From Podarcis pityusensis (lineage: Eukaryota): a stretch of 64,000 nucleotides of DNA. Shown in pieces: positions 1 through 11,563 of the stretch. The notes beneath the pieces are model-generated. The model saw only the letters and a list, made by a program, of their open reading frames with translations, had not been told where the DNA came from and ran no database searches. The stretch's first letter is position 1. Each line of letters starts with the position of its first letter. The stretch lies in NCBI GenBank assembly GCA_964106645.2, contig OZ067038.1. One strand, written 5' to 3'. Both the position numbers and the translations under genes were made by a program.

Positions 1-1215
1 GGCTGTGGGCCATTGTGGCCCTCAGACCAAAATACATTGATTTCTCCTGTTTTGGACAGCACTAGTTGCATATAGATAAGAAATGAAGAAAACAACCCTG
101 GAGGGATGTGTGTGAATTCCCATGTATATCACAAGATAAAGAGAAGGCATATCCTATGTGCATGGTGCAGTCACAATGAAGACTTCATGGCATTAAAGTC
201 TGGATACACATGTGCACCCCATCTCATCAACACCTGCTGTGTGTATGACACTGAATGTGTAATTACCGAACTAGCATTTCCCACTACCCTTTGTTGATAG
301 TGAATACAGATATCCAGACAGCAGGTCCAGAAATGCATGCAAAGAGCCTTTGACAGAACAATCTGCCTGGCAGGATCAGAATTTTGCATTTGAGAAACAT
401 AATGGCTATTTGTAGCTAGAACATTGCAGATGCTAAATAAGGAAGAGGACGAATAAGCATTTTGGCTCACATATGGACATTTTATTTCTGAATTAGTTGT
501 GGTTGTTACAAACAAAATAGAATCAAGGAAATTCATTTAACAAAAAAGTTTGGATGTCACAAATCACATAAAAAATGAAAATATCACAAAATGAAACAAA
601 ATTTTGAGTTTAACGGCATTGTATCATTCAACATCATTATAAAACACATGCATACTATGTGACGCAAGAATGGGGTGTGTTTGATTCATCTCAAATTTCT
701 TGATATTTCTAAGCTTATTATGTCAGTTTCTTTTTCACAGTGATGAATTAAATTAATTAGACGCACTAAAGAGATGCATTAAGCAATTTTCACAAATGAA
801 GACAAATTTCACAAATCTAAACTAAAAGGCAAATCAGATTATAGGAAATTAAGCTACTATCAATCAAAAGGCAAAATAATCAGGGTAGAAACCCAAGCCA
901 AAATACTTGTCAGATCATGAAATGTTATTAGTAAATGAGGAAAAAAACATATTTGACGTTGGGGTCAATACCTTGCTTCTTTTATTAGTAAATTGACTAA
1001 CTGCTGTAAGGATGAATGGCTTCAACCATGTACAGAGCGTAAGTGTGGGTAACTAGCTGGATCAATGCCAATTTGGCTGCTATGTTTAGGCTAGGGGCAA
1101 AAGGTTCCCTTGAAAACTATGAAGCCTGTTCTGCTTTCTGCTTTGGGTCTGGCCTCTTTCCATCTCTGTGCCATGACAATGTCATTTTTTAATTATCAGG
1201 CAGGTCCATATCCTA

Positions 1216-1415
1216 ATATAAGAAGAGCCCTAGTAGATCAAACTTAAGGCCTATCTAGCTCAGCATCCTGTTTCCCACAGTGACCAACCAGATGCCTCTG
1301 GGAAGCCCCAAAGAACCAGTTTCTGTTCACTGTTTCAGCCCAGCAAGTGGTATTCAGAGGCACACCTCTAGCATCTTCACCATAGCTAGTAGCCAATGAT
1401 AGCATCCTCCATGTT
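1216..1415 (-). mobile_element. Old CR1-type LINE 3' end fragment
   Basis: aagaagagccc...gatcaa...ggcctatctagctcagcatcctgtttcccacagtgaccaaccagatgcctctgggaagccc is the reverse complement of a reptile CR1 3' UTR. Confidence 0.6.
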
Positions 1416-4400
1416 TTGTTTATTTATTTAATTTCTAAACCACCTTTATCCCAAAGGGATCCCAATATGGTGTACAGCAAATAATAAATACAATAACATC
1501 ATATACATTACCACCAAGAGTCATGTAACTTCCAGTGGTATCATCATGACAAGCAAAACAGTTCCCATCAAATTCTCCTAAATGCCTGATAGAACAAAAA
1601 CATGTTTACCGGAGGATGAAAAATCAGTACTGATGGGGACAATCATACTTCTGATGGAAGGAGTCCACAAAGATACCAAAACAGTGAATAAGTACCCTAG
1701 CTCACCACATAATGTAACAGATGCAGATGGAACCACAATTAAGGCCTCTCCCACAAGTCCTAAAGCTTGGGATTGGAACCTGAAAACCATCTACATCTGT
1801 GTTGGTACAGAGAGGTAATGAGCTCTCCTTCCTCCATGCACAAGAAGAGAAGTAACTGTGATCTCTCAAAACCAACATTTGCTGCCACTAGCCCTTCTGC
1901 ATTATGAAGGGAACATCCATCTCACCCCTGTCTCTGCCTAGGAGATCAGGACAGCTTGGTTTCCTTAGGCAAATCCCATTGATATACACATGTAGTAGGA
2001 TGCCAAATGGTCTAGATATGGGGTGGGGTAAATACCCTTTTAAGTGTGGCACAAACACACACACAAAAAAGACCCAACGGACGATTTTGAGAGACCTTAT
2101 TAAAAGGTTTATGTAGGCAAAAATGAAAAGGTCCATGAAAGAAATTAAAGCAACAAACAGAATGGGCACATACCTCAAGCAAAGGAGCTTAAGATCTTTG
2201 GGAAATGGGGGTCCTCAAAGTGGTAGCTGCCACTGGAGTTGTTCCTGCTTTTAACTCAGGTGAAATATGACCTCCTTACTTGAACATAATGGGTGACTGG
2301 AATAATGTTAAAGTGTTAAAGGAATTTTGCTTTGAAAAATACAAATTTTATAGAGACTGCATTTTGATAAAGTACAGAGTCTTTTAAAAGTACGTACAAT
2401 TAACGTTTCACTTCCCTCTAACCCCCATACTGATATAGCAATGGATCTGTCTTTTCAACATATTGACAGTAGTAAAGAATTTGACATATTTTTCATGAGA
2501 GGCTTATTGTTTAAACTGAACTGAATATATTATCCCCCCCGCCTTTCTTTCTTTCTTTCTTTTTTACACCACAGTACTTCTGTCATGGTGCTCTTAGCAC
2601 CTAAAGGTCTTAACATTATCACAAATGAGAATGCTCTGCATTTGCAGCTGACATGTTCCTAAACCCTGTCAAAAGCATTCTTTAAATAATGCATCAGCAT
2701 GTGTTTGTGATGCTGGCTTTGTACATACACTCTGACTATTATAAGTGAGGGTTTGTTGTCAATGGCACCAGGCACAGCTTCCAGCTTGTCAAATATCAGT
2801 TATGTGACACTGTCACTTAATGACAGCCACCCCTAAACGAAAGGATGCACAGTTGCTCACAGCTTACTTATATCGAGGAAGGGGTGAAATTCACACATTA
2901 TTTGACCACCTCCAGCACACCTCCACTGAAATACTGATAGTGGGCTTTGGTAATGGGGAGTATTGAAGCCTCTAGCTCTGTTCTGTAGACTCTGCTATGC
3001 TTGCTGCTGAAACCAGTGGCATCATAAAAGTTGAATGTGAACAAATCTAGAGAGAGAGAGGAAATTTGGATGGAGTGAAACTTTAATCACAAGTTTAATC
3101 ACAGAAACTGTTCTTCTATAGACCTGTTCTGGGTGCAAATATTTTCCTTTCAGCAAACAACACACCTTGCTCTAGTTACATGGGTAGGGGGCTCCATTTA
3201 TCAATTTGATTTTTCTTCATGAGCTACTGTATTGCGGTTTATTATGAGAGAGACAGATATATTATCTGATAGGTTTGAAATGTACTTGTTATTTATTGTA
3301 ATCCAGTGTCCTTTGGTGAACTCATCTGTTCTCTCTTCTTCCTTCACTGCTGTTGCCTTCAGGGCAAACCCTCCCTCAAGTCTTCCCATCTGCATTGCCT
3401 GTATGTCATCTCTTATTCCCCCGAAATTTATTGAATCTGGTGCAAAATAACCCACCTTATCAAATGGAGGTGGTGGCCACAGGAGGTGACAAAGGAGTCG
3501 GGCACAGAGGAGGCAGCAGTAGTTGCAGGGCGAAGCATTTTCAATTTTGCCTGAAGCAGCAAGATGTCCTGGACTGGCCCTGACAATTATAGTGAATTTC
3601 ATGAGGTATTTAGCCTAGAACTGAAAGTTTTGTTTTCTGGCTGGGGCATTCTCGTTGTGTTGAAGTAAATTCAACATCCAATTTGTTGTGCTGAACTTGG
3701 TCAAAATTTCAGATATTTTTAGGTAGGAAGCCTGGAAGGCTCAAGTTTGAGCAACATGCAAAACTACCAGCTCTTTATAGTATACAAGACACTATTAGCT
3801 ATATTGACAAGAGGAAGCTGTGTTGCACAACTTCTTTCACTATGATACTGGCATTTTGAAAAGGAGTGTTAAAGGCACTTGCTCCTTCCCTTAACATCAT
3901 ACAGGGCTTTTCTTCATGGGTCCAACTGAAATTTTGCATAGATTTTTATTTTTATGTTCTGCATCTCTGGGTATGTGACAGGTTTACGATATATTTGGCT
4001 AGTTAATTCGGTTCAATGTGGGCTTGTCAACTTTCCTCATATCTCTGTTTTCTGGCTATATAAATCTCACTGGATTGTTCTGTTGCAGCTGCAGCTTATA
4101 CTTGTCTATATTTAGAGGTTTGTCTATTTCAGAGTTTCAAGACCAGCCAGTCTTCTCTATACGTATGACAGAGAGAGGGGGGAGAGAGAGACAAGGCCCA
4201 CCAACTTCCCTTGGTCACTCTTCCCACCTTTAATTTCTAAACACAGTGCCCTCAGGTCTGTAGGCCTCATTTTGTAAACTGTTCTCTCTCAGTGCTGCAG
4301 ACCTTGTCATTTAAACTTGTGGTGGGGAGGCCATCTTTCCCAGTTCCCATCATTTTTGAGCACTGACTGTGTTTGCTGGGGTTGATGGGAGCTGGACTAA

Positions 4401-4738
4401 AGAACCTCCCCTCAGGGATGTAGGCCTCATTTGCTAAATGTGCTTCTTTAGGGCCATAGGCATAGGAGGCCCAGCATGGATAGCCCTTCTATACCTCTTG
4501 GGGATATTCAGCTTTTGTTTTCATAAAGTGCTTTCATTTGTAAGCGATACAAATAACACAATGTGGTCAATACTCAGTCCAGTTGTTTACTAGCATTAGT
4601 GAGAAGTACTAGGCCCTTGTTTGTAAAGTTTTCCAAAATTATATAATGCAATTAAGTAACTTTAAATGCATGACTGCCCCGAGATGAAATTTAGAATCCT
4701 TTTAAATATAAAATCCTTTCAAAACAGCCAAAATAAAA

Positions 4739-4848
4739 AGGGTTGCAGCCAAACAAGGCATTCTTGAATTGGACCCAATGAAATCAATGGGCTTCACTAA
4801 CTTAAATCCACTGTTTTCAATGCAGTACGATTAGGTAGATACAACCCT
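4739..4848. mobile_element. Short palindromic MITE
   Basis: Ends AGGGTTGCA...TACAACCCT with internal inverted ccaatgaaatcaatgg / ccactgttttcaatg. Confidence 0.5.
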
Positions 4849-5048
4849 AATGTAAATTATGCTAGTCTGCTCAATTTATAAAACTTGCTTCAGCCCTAGA
4901 ATATGTTTTTTTTTAAGTGCAGAATTATTTTAAAACAACAACACTTATGTATAAAAGATCATGGAACTTGCCTCTTATGTTTTTTTTCTGTGCTCCAGCA
5001 ACCTGTATGTGTATTTAAGGCCTATCTGGACACAAAAGTTGTTGAGCT

Positions 5049-5082
5049 TTATATATATATATACAGAGAGAGAGAGAGAGAG
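5049..5082. repeat. Compound (TA)n/(GA)n microsatellite
   Basis: tatatatatatatacagagagagagagagagag. Confidence 0.9.
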
Positions 5083-5191
5083 GATCCCGGGTATGTCCCT
5101 GGACAACCCTACCCTATGGTTGAAAATGGAAGTCAAAGAATTGAGCACAATCTGTTAAAAAGTCAACAGTGAACAAATCTCAAATAAACTC

Positions 5192-5357
5192 TGACTAAAC
5201 ATCAATAAGAGCTTTCTGACAATAAGAGCTGTTCTCCAGCGGAATGGACTACTTTGGAAGGTGGTGGGTTCTCCTTCATTGGAGGTTTTAAAGCAGATGT
5301 TGGGTGGTCATCTGTCATGAATACTTTAGTTGAGATTTGCATTGCAGGGTGTGACTC
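5192..5357 (+). mobile_element. CR1 LINE 3' fragment
   Basis: Aligns by eye with the CR1 copies at 21.2 kb and 22.5 kb (tttctgacaataagagctgtt...ttggaggttttaaagcag...gcattgcagggt). Confidence 0.75.
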
Positions 5358-5599
5358 GGTAGAAAATTCTACATAGTTCATTACAGAATGAGTGGAAATT
5401 GCATAAGAGAAGGAGGTGGAAATTGCATCTTCATAGTGCCTTATGCCCTAATTATAGAAAGTCATAATACAGAGCAGTATTTTAGACGGTCTGGTAGAAC
5501 GCTGATACAAAAAATGCCAACATGTAAGCTCTTTTCATTTCAGTGCAACTGACTTCCAAACAAGGATGTATGAGGCCTCGGCAAAGTCTCTCATGTAGG

Positions 5600-6060
5600 T
5601 AATTTTCAAACAGGAAGTTGACAAAGCAGGATCATTAACAGCGGCACATTAAGCTTGCCAGAAGTGCAACACCAAAAACCTAATGTTATACGCAAATGTA
5701 AACTAGATGCAGTAGTTAGAGCTGTAATTCAAGAGCTAATTAGATGGCAAAAGGCAGCAGAACCAAGCATCTGCCTCCAACATGCCCAAGTAAATTTCTG
5801 CAAGACTTTTTATTTTCTACAGAAAACAGAGGAAAAGGAAGTTGGTTCAGACTCCAGCTAGTTTAATTCCTCCTCGTATTTCCTCTTCAACTGCTTTGCT
5901 GATCTTCTGAAAGTCTGCTTGTCTACTTGAAGTAACTTTAAGTAATTTTCATGCTAGAGCATTTGCCTGTTATACTCTTCAGTTTCTTCCTATATATGAA
6001 ACTGCATGTATGACTTGCTGTGGGGGTGCTTAACTCCCATTAACAGGAAGTGGTTACATC
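5600..6060 (+). promoter_or_regulatory. ARHGAP15: Putative ARHGAP15 promoter with clustered ETS sites and an ETS-RUNX composite
   Basis: AACAGGAAGTGGTT at 6042-6055 (ETS GGAAG overlapping RUNX-type TGGTT). Also AAACAGGAAGT near 5608-5618 and AAAGGAAGT near 5834-5842. ARHGAP15 is a leukocyte-enriched gene. The TSS itself cannot be seen. Confidence 0.5.
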
Positions 6061-6216
6061 GTGCTTTCCTCTTTGCTTTCTTTCTGTTGCTTCAGGGGAA
6101 GAGAGATTTGTGTAGCTTTCAGATACGTAACTGCTTCATGTTTTCCATTTGCTTTTTAGAAGCTACTGGTGGATGTTGGTACAGTGGATAAGAACGTCAT
6201 GTGTAGCAAACTGTAG
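6060..6216 (+). other. ARHGAP15: Putative non-coding exon 1 (5' UTR) of ARHGAP15; start approximate
   Basis: Strong donor CTGTAG|GTAAGG (GT at 6217) just downstream of the ETS-RUNX site. The ATG-bearing exon starts with a splice acceptor, so an upstream exon is required. Confidence 0.5.
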
Positions 6217-7750
6217 GTAAGGAAACTTCATTTATTTCTGAAGTCTTACATACAACCTGTTGCTAGATGTTGCTAGATGTGCATGATAAAATAAGCACAG
6301 TACATGGATGGGGAGAGAACAGATTGCTTTGCATTGTTATGTTAAATGTAGTAGAAAATACACCAACAACTTATTCAATGGAGCCTCCAACATAGATATA
6401 TAATGTGAGAAAGGGTCCAGATACTGGCATCTGTATTTGCACTGGGAGCACAAACAATAATAACTTTTATATTTTCAAGGGCTTAACTGGTTTTGTCAAA
6501 AAGTGTATGCCAGCTTTGGCGTGTCACTTCTTACAGAAATCTGGTCAGCAAATGGTTTTGATTGAGAAAGGTATGGTGAGTATAGGGACAGTGAAATAAT
6601 GAAGAAATTAAAAGATGTTACGGCATGATGATAAAGCCACATTAGCAAATTTTGGTAAGAAGTCCCACTGCTGAAGTATAGCAGCAATAGTAATAAACAG
6701 TGGGAATGCTAGTAAAAATAGTATCCTGTGGGCATATCATTAAGAATGAAAAACGTGCTCAGCTACAGTATCGCGTGTGCACTAAAAATCAGTGGTGGAG
6801 CCATATCAGCAGTAATGAAAGTTAGGAGATTTCTCCAAACGCTAATGCAAAAAATGTCCAACAGAGGCAGAGAGAGCACAAACCAGCTCTGCTCTACAAT
6901 GCTTATGGAGAGACAGAGAGGAAACTGCTGCCTTCTGCATCATTAACTGGAACCCCAGAGTTACAAATTCTTGAGCAATGGATAGTTGTTGTTTTTCTGA
7001 AAAGTTTGTATCTCTCGAAGTTCTCCTTTCCAGATGTCTTTCTGCCATTTCCCTTACCTCCCCACACCCTCAGAGGGGAGGCAGCCACCCCTCTATCTTC
7101 TCCTCAGCTTTCTCCAGAGCCACCCCCCATATCGAGCCCTAATATCTTACTGAAAAGACTTTCCCCTGTAGTTCCTCAGTAATTTGGTAGTAACAGTAGC
7201 TTCCTGCAATGAAGATTAGGTGGCTTTTGCTTGACTGCAGAGTATATGCACAGTGAAAGTCAAATTCTAAAGTTACATCTTAAAACGTACAGATGAGTCT
7301 TACAAGTCACACCAGTCTCCCTTTACCCTGTTCTTCAAATCCTTACACAAGAAACTGCTTTTTACTAGGCCATACTATCAGTCCATCTAGCACATTACTG
7401 TCTACATTATATTGCAGCAGCTCTCCTGGGTCTGAGCTCTTTCACTTCACTTGCTACCTGATCACTCCCTGCTCCCCTTGCTATTCTTAGTGGAATAGCA
7501 GGTATGCATTCCACCCCTTCACCATTCTCAAAACAGAAAGTGTGATGCAGAACTTATATGTATGAAGACAAGATAAAGTCACACAGTTCTTCCCCTTTAA
7601 AGGAGGTGAGGGAGAGATCAATATAACTTGGGTTTCTACATCTGAGTCTAAATTTGCTGGATCCCCTCACATGTGTGTAGGTTACAAAAGGAGATGGTCT
7701 ATGAATCCTTTCTTCACAAACTCAGAACCTAAGGTGTACTGCTAGCTTAG

Positions 7751-8006
7751 TAAAGGTAAAGGTAAAGATACCCCTGCCCGTTCGGGCCAGTCTTGCCAGA
7801 CTCTAGGGTTGTGCGCTTATCTCACTCTATAAGCCGGGAGCCAGCGCTGTCCGCAGACACTTCCGGGTCACGTGGCCAGCGTGACAAGCTGCATCTGGCG
7901 AGCCAGCGCAGCACACGGAACGCCATTTACCTTCCCGCTGGTAAGCGGTCCCTATTTATCTACTTGCACCCGGGGGTGCTTTCAAACTGCTAGGTTGGCA
8001 GGCGCT
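7751..8006 (-). mobile_element. Sauria SINE, 5'-truncated (subfamily A)
   Basis: Tail (TAAAGG)n on the + strand; body matches the copy at 60160. 13-bp TSD GCTAGCTTAGTAA at 7741-7753 and 8004-8016. Confidence 0.92.
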
Positions 8007-9600
8007 AGCTTAGTAAGTGTATATAAATAGAGCCTCTGAAAATATGTGCAAATTTCCCATGAGAATTACAATAGAAACCACAGCCTCTGCAAAGAGGATC
8101 GTACCAAGTGAGATAACAGAAGCAGACCTTCCTTCTATGCTTCAGCAATATTCTTTGCATATTTATTGTACCTACACACTCCTTCCAGCACTGAGAGTTT
8201 ATCTTTAGAAAGTTTTTTAAAGATAAAAACTCATGACAGCTGTATGCCCCATCATGCTTTGAGTGGGCAACAAAACAAAGAAGAAAATGAATGTGAATAT
8301 TGATAGATTTATAAAATCACTTTAGCTAGTAGAACACTGGTCAGCAACTAGGGGGGCCACTTTGAGGATCAGATTATAGGTGGTGGACACGGTCTTACGG
8401 CCCATTGCCAATCCATATACTTGTGTGGGTGTTTCCATCACCCAAGTTTAGCCCCCAATTTATCCAAGTCAATGGACCTCAGATACTGAAAATGGGAAAG
8501 GCCTTTGCCTGATATCTTTGTAAGGTGTTTCCAGTCAGAATTAAACTATTACTCCAGTCCAGCCCAGTGCTGTCAAACTCAGCATAATTGAGCTTCATGT
8601 TTTCAGAAGAAGTGGAACCACGCTTGAGCTATGCAGATGGTAAGACCCGATTCTCAGTGGCTAGATTCACCAGTTTCAGGAACAGCCTTACCATTATGCT
8701 GGTGTCTGGGGAAGGAGGTTTTTGCATACCATTGAAAATGATCACATTGCCAGTTATTTAGTTTGTATTACTTTAGCACCATGAGGTGGAGCGCTGTTTG
8801 CATTTTCTGCCTCAGATTCCAAAGTCTCTTTGGCCATCTCTATTTGGGAATCAGGTTTGCAGTTCACTCCCATATAAGCAAATAGATAGCTGCCATTTAC
8901 TTCTGTGGTAAAATGTAGGGCACACGGGGACACTGTTTTGACAGAAGCACAATCTCATCCAGGGAGGATCAATGTGTGTCTGTAGAATAAATGCACCACA
9001 TTTGCACATAATGTGAAAGCATGGTTTATTGGAAGGAGGAAAGAGCCAGAGGAAGGTTTCAGGCTCATGTGCTTCTCTCCTCTCACCCGTCTGCCACTCC
9101 TCCTGTCGCATGGCTGAGAGAAGGACCTCAGTTTCACTCTCCACTAACTAGAGATTGTGGCTTAAAACAAAGGCCTGATTCTCATGCAACACCGTGGCTT
9201 AGCGTGATGTGGATGGTGGATTAGTGTTATGTATGAACCGGGCCATAGAAATGTGCTGCATCTACAGAGGTCATTGCCATAGAGAAGTCCATCATAATGG
9301 TAGTAACCATAATGGCAAATACAAATAACAGCTGCTTACTAGAAAATGAATAGCAGTTCGATAGCAAGATTAAAAGCCATTATGGGATGTTTGTGCAGAC
9401 TGTCATAAGACATAACATTTGATATTTAGGACCTTTTGGGGTGTTTACATTCAAGCAGCAGAAATTAAGGCCTACTCAGAGGAGGAATCAGGATGCAGCA
9501 TGGCTGGCACCTTCTATTTGCTTTATGTTTAGATACACATATCACATGAAAAACAGCTGATGCAGACAGATACTTCCTAGCAAATATTTGGCAAATGTTG

Positions 9601-9740
9601 CTCTGCATTTCATCCGGAAGATGGCATTCTTTGCATCAAAGTGCCTATACTTCCCACAGCTCTTAGGCTTTCCTTAAAGATTTCCCACCTAAGCACAAAT
9701 CTGGCCTGACAACCCTATAGTTATGAGATATGGCAGATTT
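9601..9740 (-). mobile_element. Ancient 5S rRNA-headed Deu-domain SINE relic (AmnSINE-like)
   Basis: Reverse complement reads tatctcataactatagggttgtcaggccagatttgtgcttaggtgggaaatc...gagctgtggg (5S-like), then gaatgccatcttccggatgaaatg (Deu-domain-like). Confidence 0.55.
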
Positions 9741-10604
9741 AATAATAGCCCAAGGTCCCAAGTACGAAAAAATATCATGTTACAATTTAAGTAAAATGGA
9801 TGAAGCTTTGAAAATGTGTTTTCTTTCTGAAACTAGATAAGCATGTTTAGTGTTTTAAAAGCATGGAACGATGTCTGAAAACTTGGCTAATGTTTAAGTG
9901 GAAAATATATGCATTAGCAGCACCTTGACATGTAGCCAAAGAGTTGCATAGTTAGGTGACATCTCTACCAGTGACCTTGATGTCTGATGCTGACCCCTCC
10001 ACCCCAATGCAATAGCAACATATTTGCCTCTACTTTGCTCTAGACTGTAATTAGTTCCATAACCATCTACCTATTTTAGCCGGCATATAAGAGGTTTTAT
10101 GGGGTGCATTTTGAAACATAATATATGAAGCAGGCGTGCATGCAACATCCTCCGCTGGTCTTTCTGGCATAATCAACAAAGGCCAAGCACTTCACTTTTA
10201 GCTTGTGAGCAAACTTGAGATATGTGTCTCAGATGTGAACATGGGAAGACCAAAGGCAAACTGTAAGGCCTGCCAGCTGGATGTACTGGAAAGGTTACTG
10301 AAAGATTACACAACAGAAGAGTGGCCTTTGAGATAAAGATAATCTTTTATGTAAACTTCGCTCTTGGACGAGTTGGTGAGTAATAAGGTGCCCTAGATTA
10401 TTGATTCTACTGATAGATTTTAAGAGATACTCAGCTGGTTTCACTATTATTTTTTCTTATTACCTAAACTGGAATAAAACCTGGATTAATACACAGTGTG
10501 TTTAACATTGTCTTCTTACTGACTAAGATGGAATAAAACCTAAATTAGTGCATGGTGTGTCTGACCTTACGGGCTATTATATTTTTCAGGTTGACATAAT
10601 AATC

Positions 10605-10769
10605 ATGCAGCGGTTCATGTCTGCTGATACCAGTGCAGAAAAGCTGCATCATTCCCATGAAAGCACAGGTGCTGTTCAGATGAGGATCAAAAATGCCAAC
10701 AGCCCCCATGACAGACACAGCCAAAGCAAATCTATGATACTGTCTGATAATGTGAAAGTCATTGAGCCT
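10605..10769 (+). CDS. ARHGAP15: Rho GTPase-activating protein 15, first coding exon (exon 2; exon starts at 10590)
   Basis: Translates as MQRFMSADTSAEKLHHSHESTGAVQMRIKNANSPHDRHSQSKSMILSDNVKVIEP, matching the ARHGAP15 N-terminus (TGAVQMRIKNANS..DR.SQSKSMIL). Acceptor tttttcag|G at 10590, donor CCT|gtaagt at 10770, phase 0. Confidence 0.95.
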
Positions 10770-10821
10770 GTAAGTACTGCTCTACAATAATTTTCTGTCT
10801 CCACTCATTTGTTTTGTTATA

Positions 10822-11063
10822 CAGTGGTACCTCTGGTTAAGAACTTAATTTGTTCCGGAGGTCTGTTCTTAACCTGAAACTGTTCTTAACCTGAGGTACC
10901 ACTTTAGCTAATGGGGCCTCCCGCTGCTGCCGCGCTGCCGCCGTGCGATAGCTGTTCTCATCCTGAAGTAAAGTTCTTAACCCGAGGTGCTACTTCCAGG
11001 TTAGCGTAGTCTGTAACCTGAAACGTTTGTAACCTGAAGTGTTTGTAACCCGAGGTACCACTG
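10822..11063 (+). mobile_element. Tc1/mariner (Tigger/pogo-type) MITE, 242 bp; orientation arbitrary
   Basis: TA|CAGTGGTACCTC...GAGGTACCACTG|TA, i.e. TIRs with TA TSD; repeated TAACCTGA motifs; lies 52 bp after the exon 2 donor. Confidence 0.9.
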
Positions 11064-11304
11064 TATATATTTTGCATTTTTTGAAGTCTTCTGAAACTAA
11101 TTGGATTACCTTCTCCAGTATAGGGAGGACTAGAGTATCAGGAAACTTTGCCGGAGACACCAGAAAACCATTAATCAGTCACTGTTTCATACCACTGAAA
11201 TTTGTCCTTCATCCTTGCAGAGGTTAGCAGTAGCATGTCGGTCACACCTTATCAAACAGTTATAGGCCTATTAGAATTGATTCATTATTTGCTCCCTCAC
11301 CTAC

Positions 11305-11563
11305 AGAAGAAGAAGAAGAAGAAGAGTTTGGATTTGATATCCCGCCTTTCACTCCCTTTAAGGAGTCTTAAAGCGGCTAACATTCTCCTTTCCCTTCCTC
11401 CCCCACAACAGACACTCTGTGAGGTGAGTGGGGCTGAGAGACTTCAAAGAAGTGTGACTAGCCCAAGGTCACCCAGCAGCTGCATGTGGAGGAGCGGAGA
11501 CGCAAACCCGGTTCCCCAGATTACGAGACAACCGCTCTTAACCACTACACTACACTGGCCCTC
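11305..11563 (-). mobile_element. Squam3-type tRNA/CORE SINE with (CTT)n tail
   Basis: Reverse complement begins GAGGGCCAGTGTAGTGTAGTGGTTAAGAGCGG (A box)...GGGTTTGCGTCTCC (B-box-like), has CORE-like GGGTGACCTTGGGCTAGTCAC, and ends in (CTT)n. Confidence 0.85.

Noticed and set aside
3201-3602. 133-aa minus-strand ORF
   Set aside because: No recognisable domain. The 5' third overlaps a MITE-like end, and a few ORFs of this length are expected by chance. It does not resemble KYNU, the usual upstream neighbour.
7793-7993. Recurrent similar small ORFs (7793, 49853, 59520, 60279, 62069) suggesting a gene family
   Set aside because: All are translations of Sauria SINE copies.
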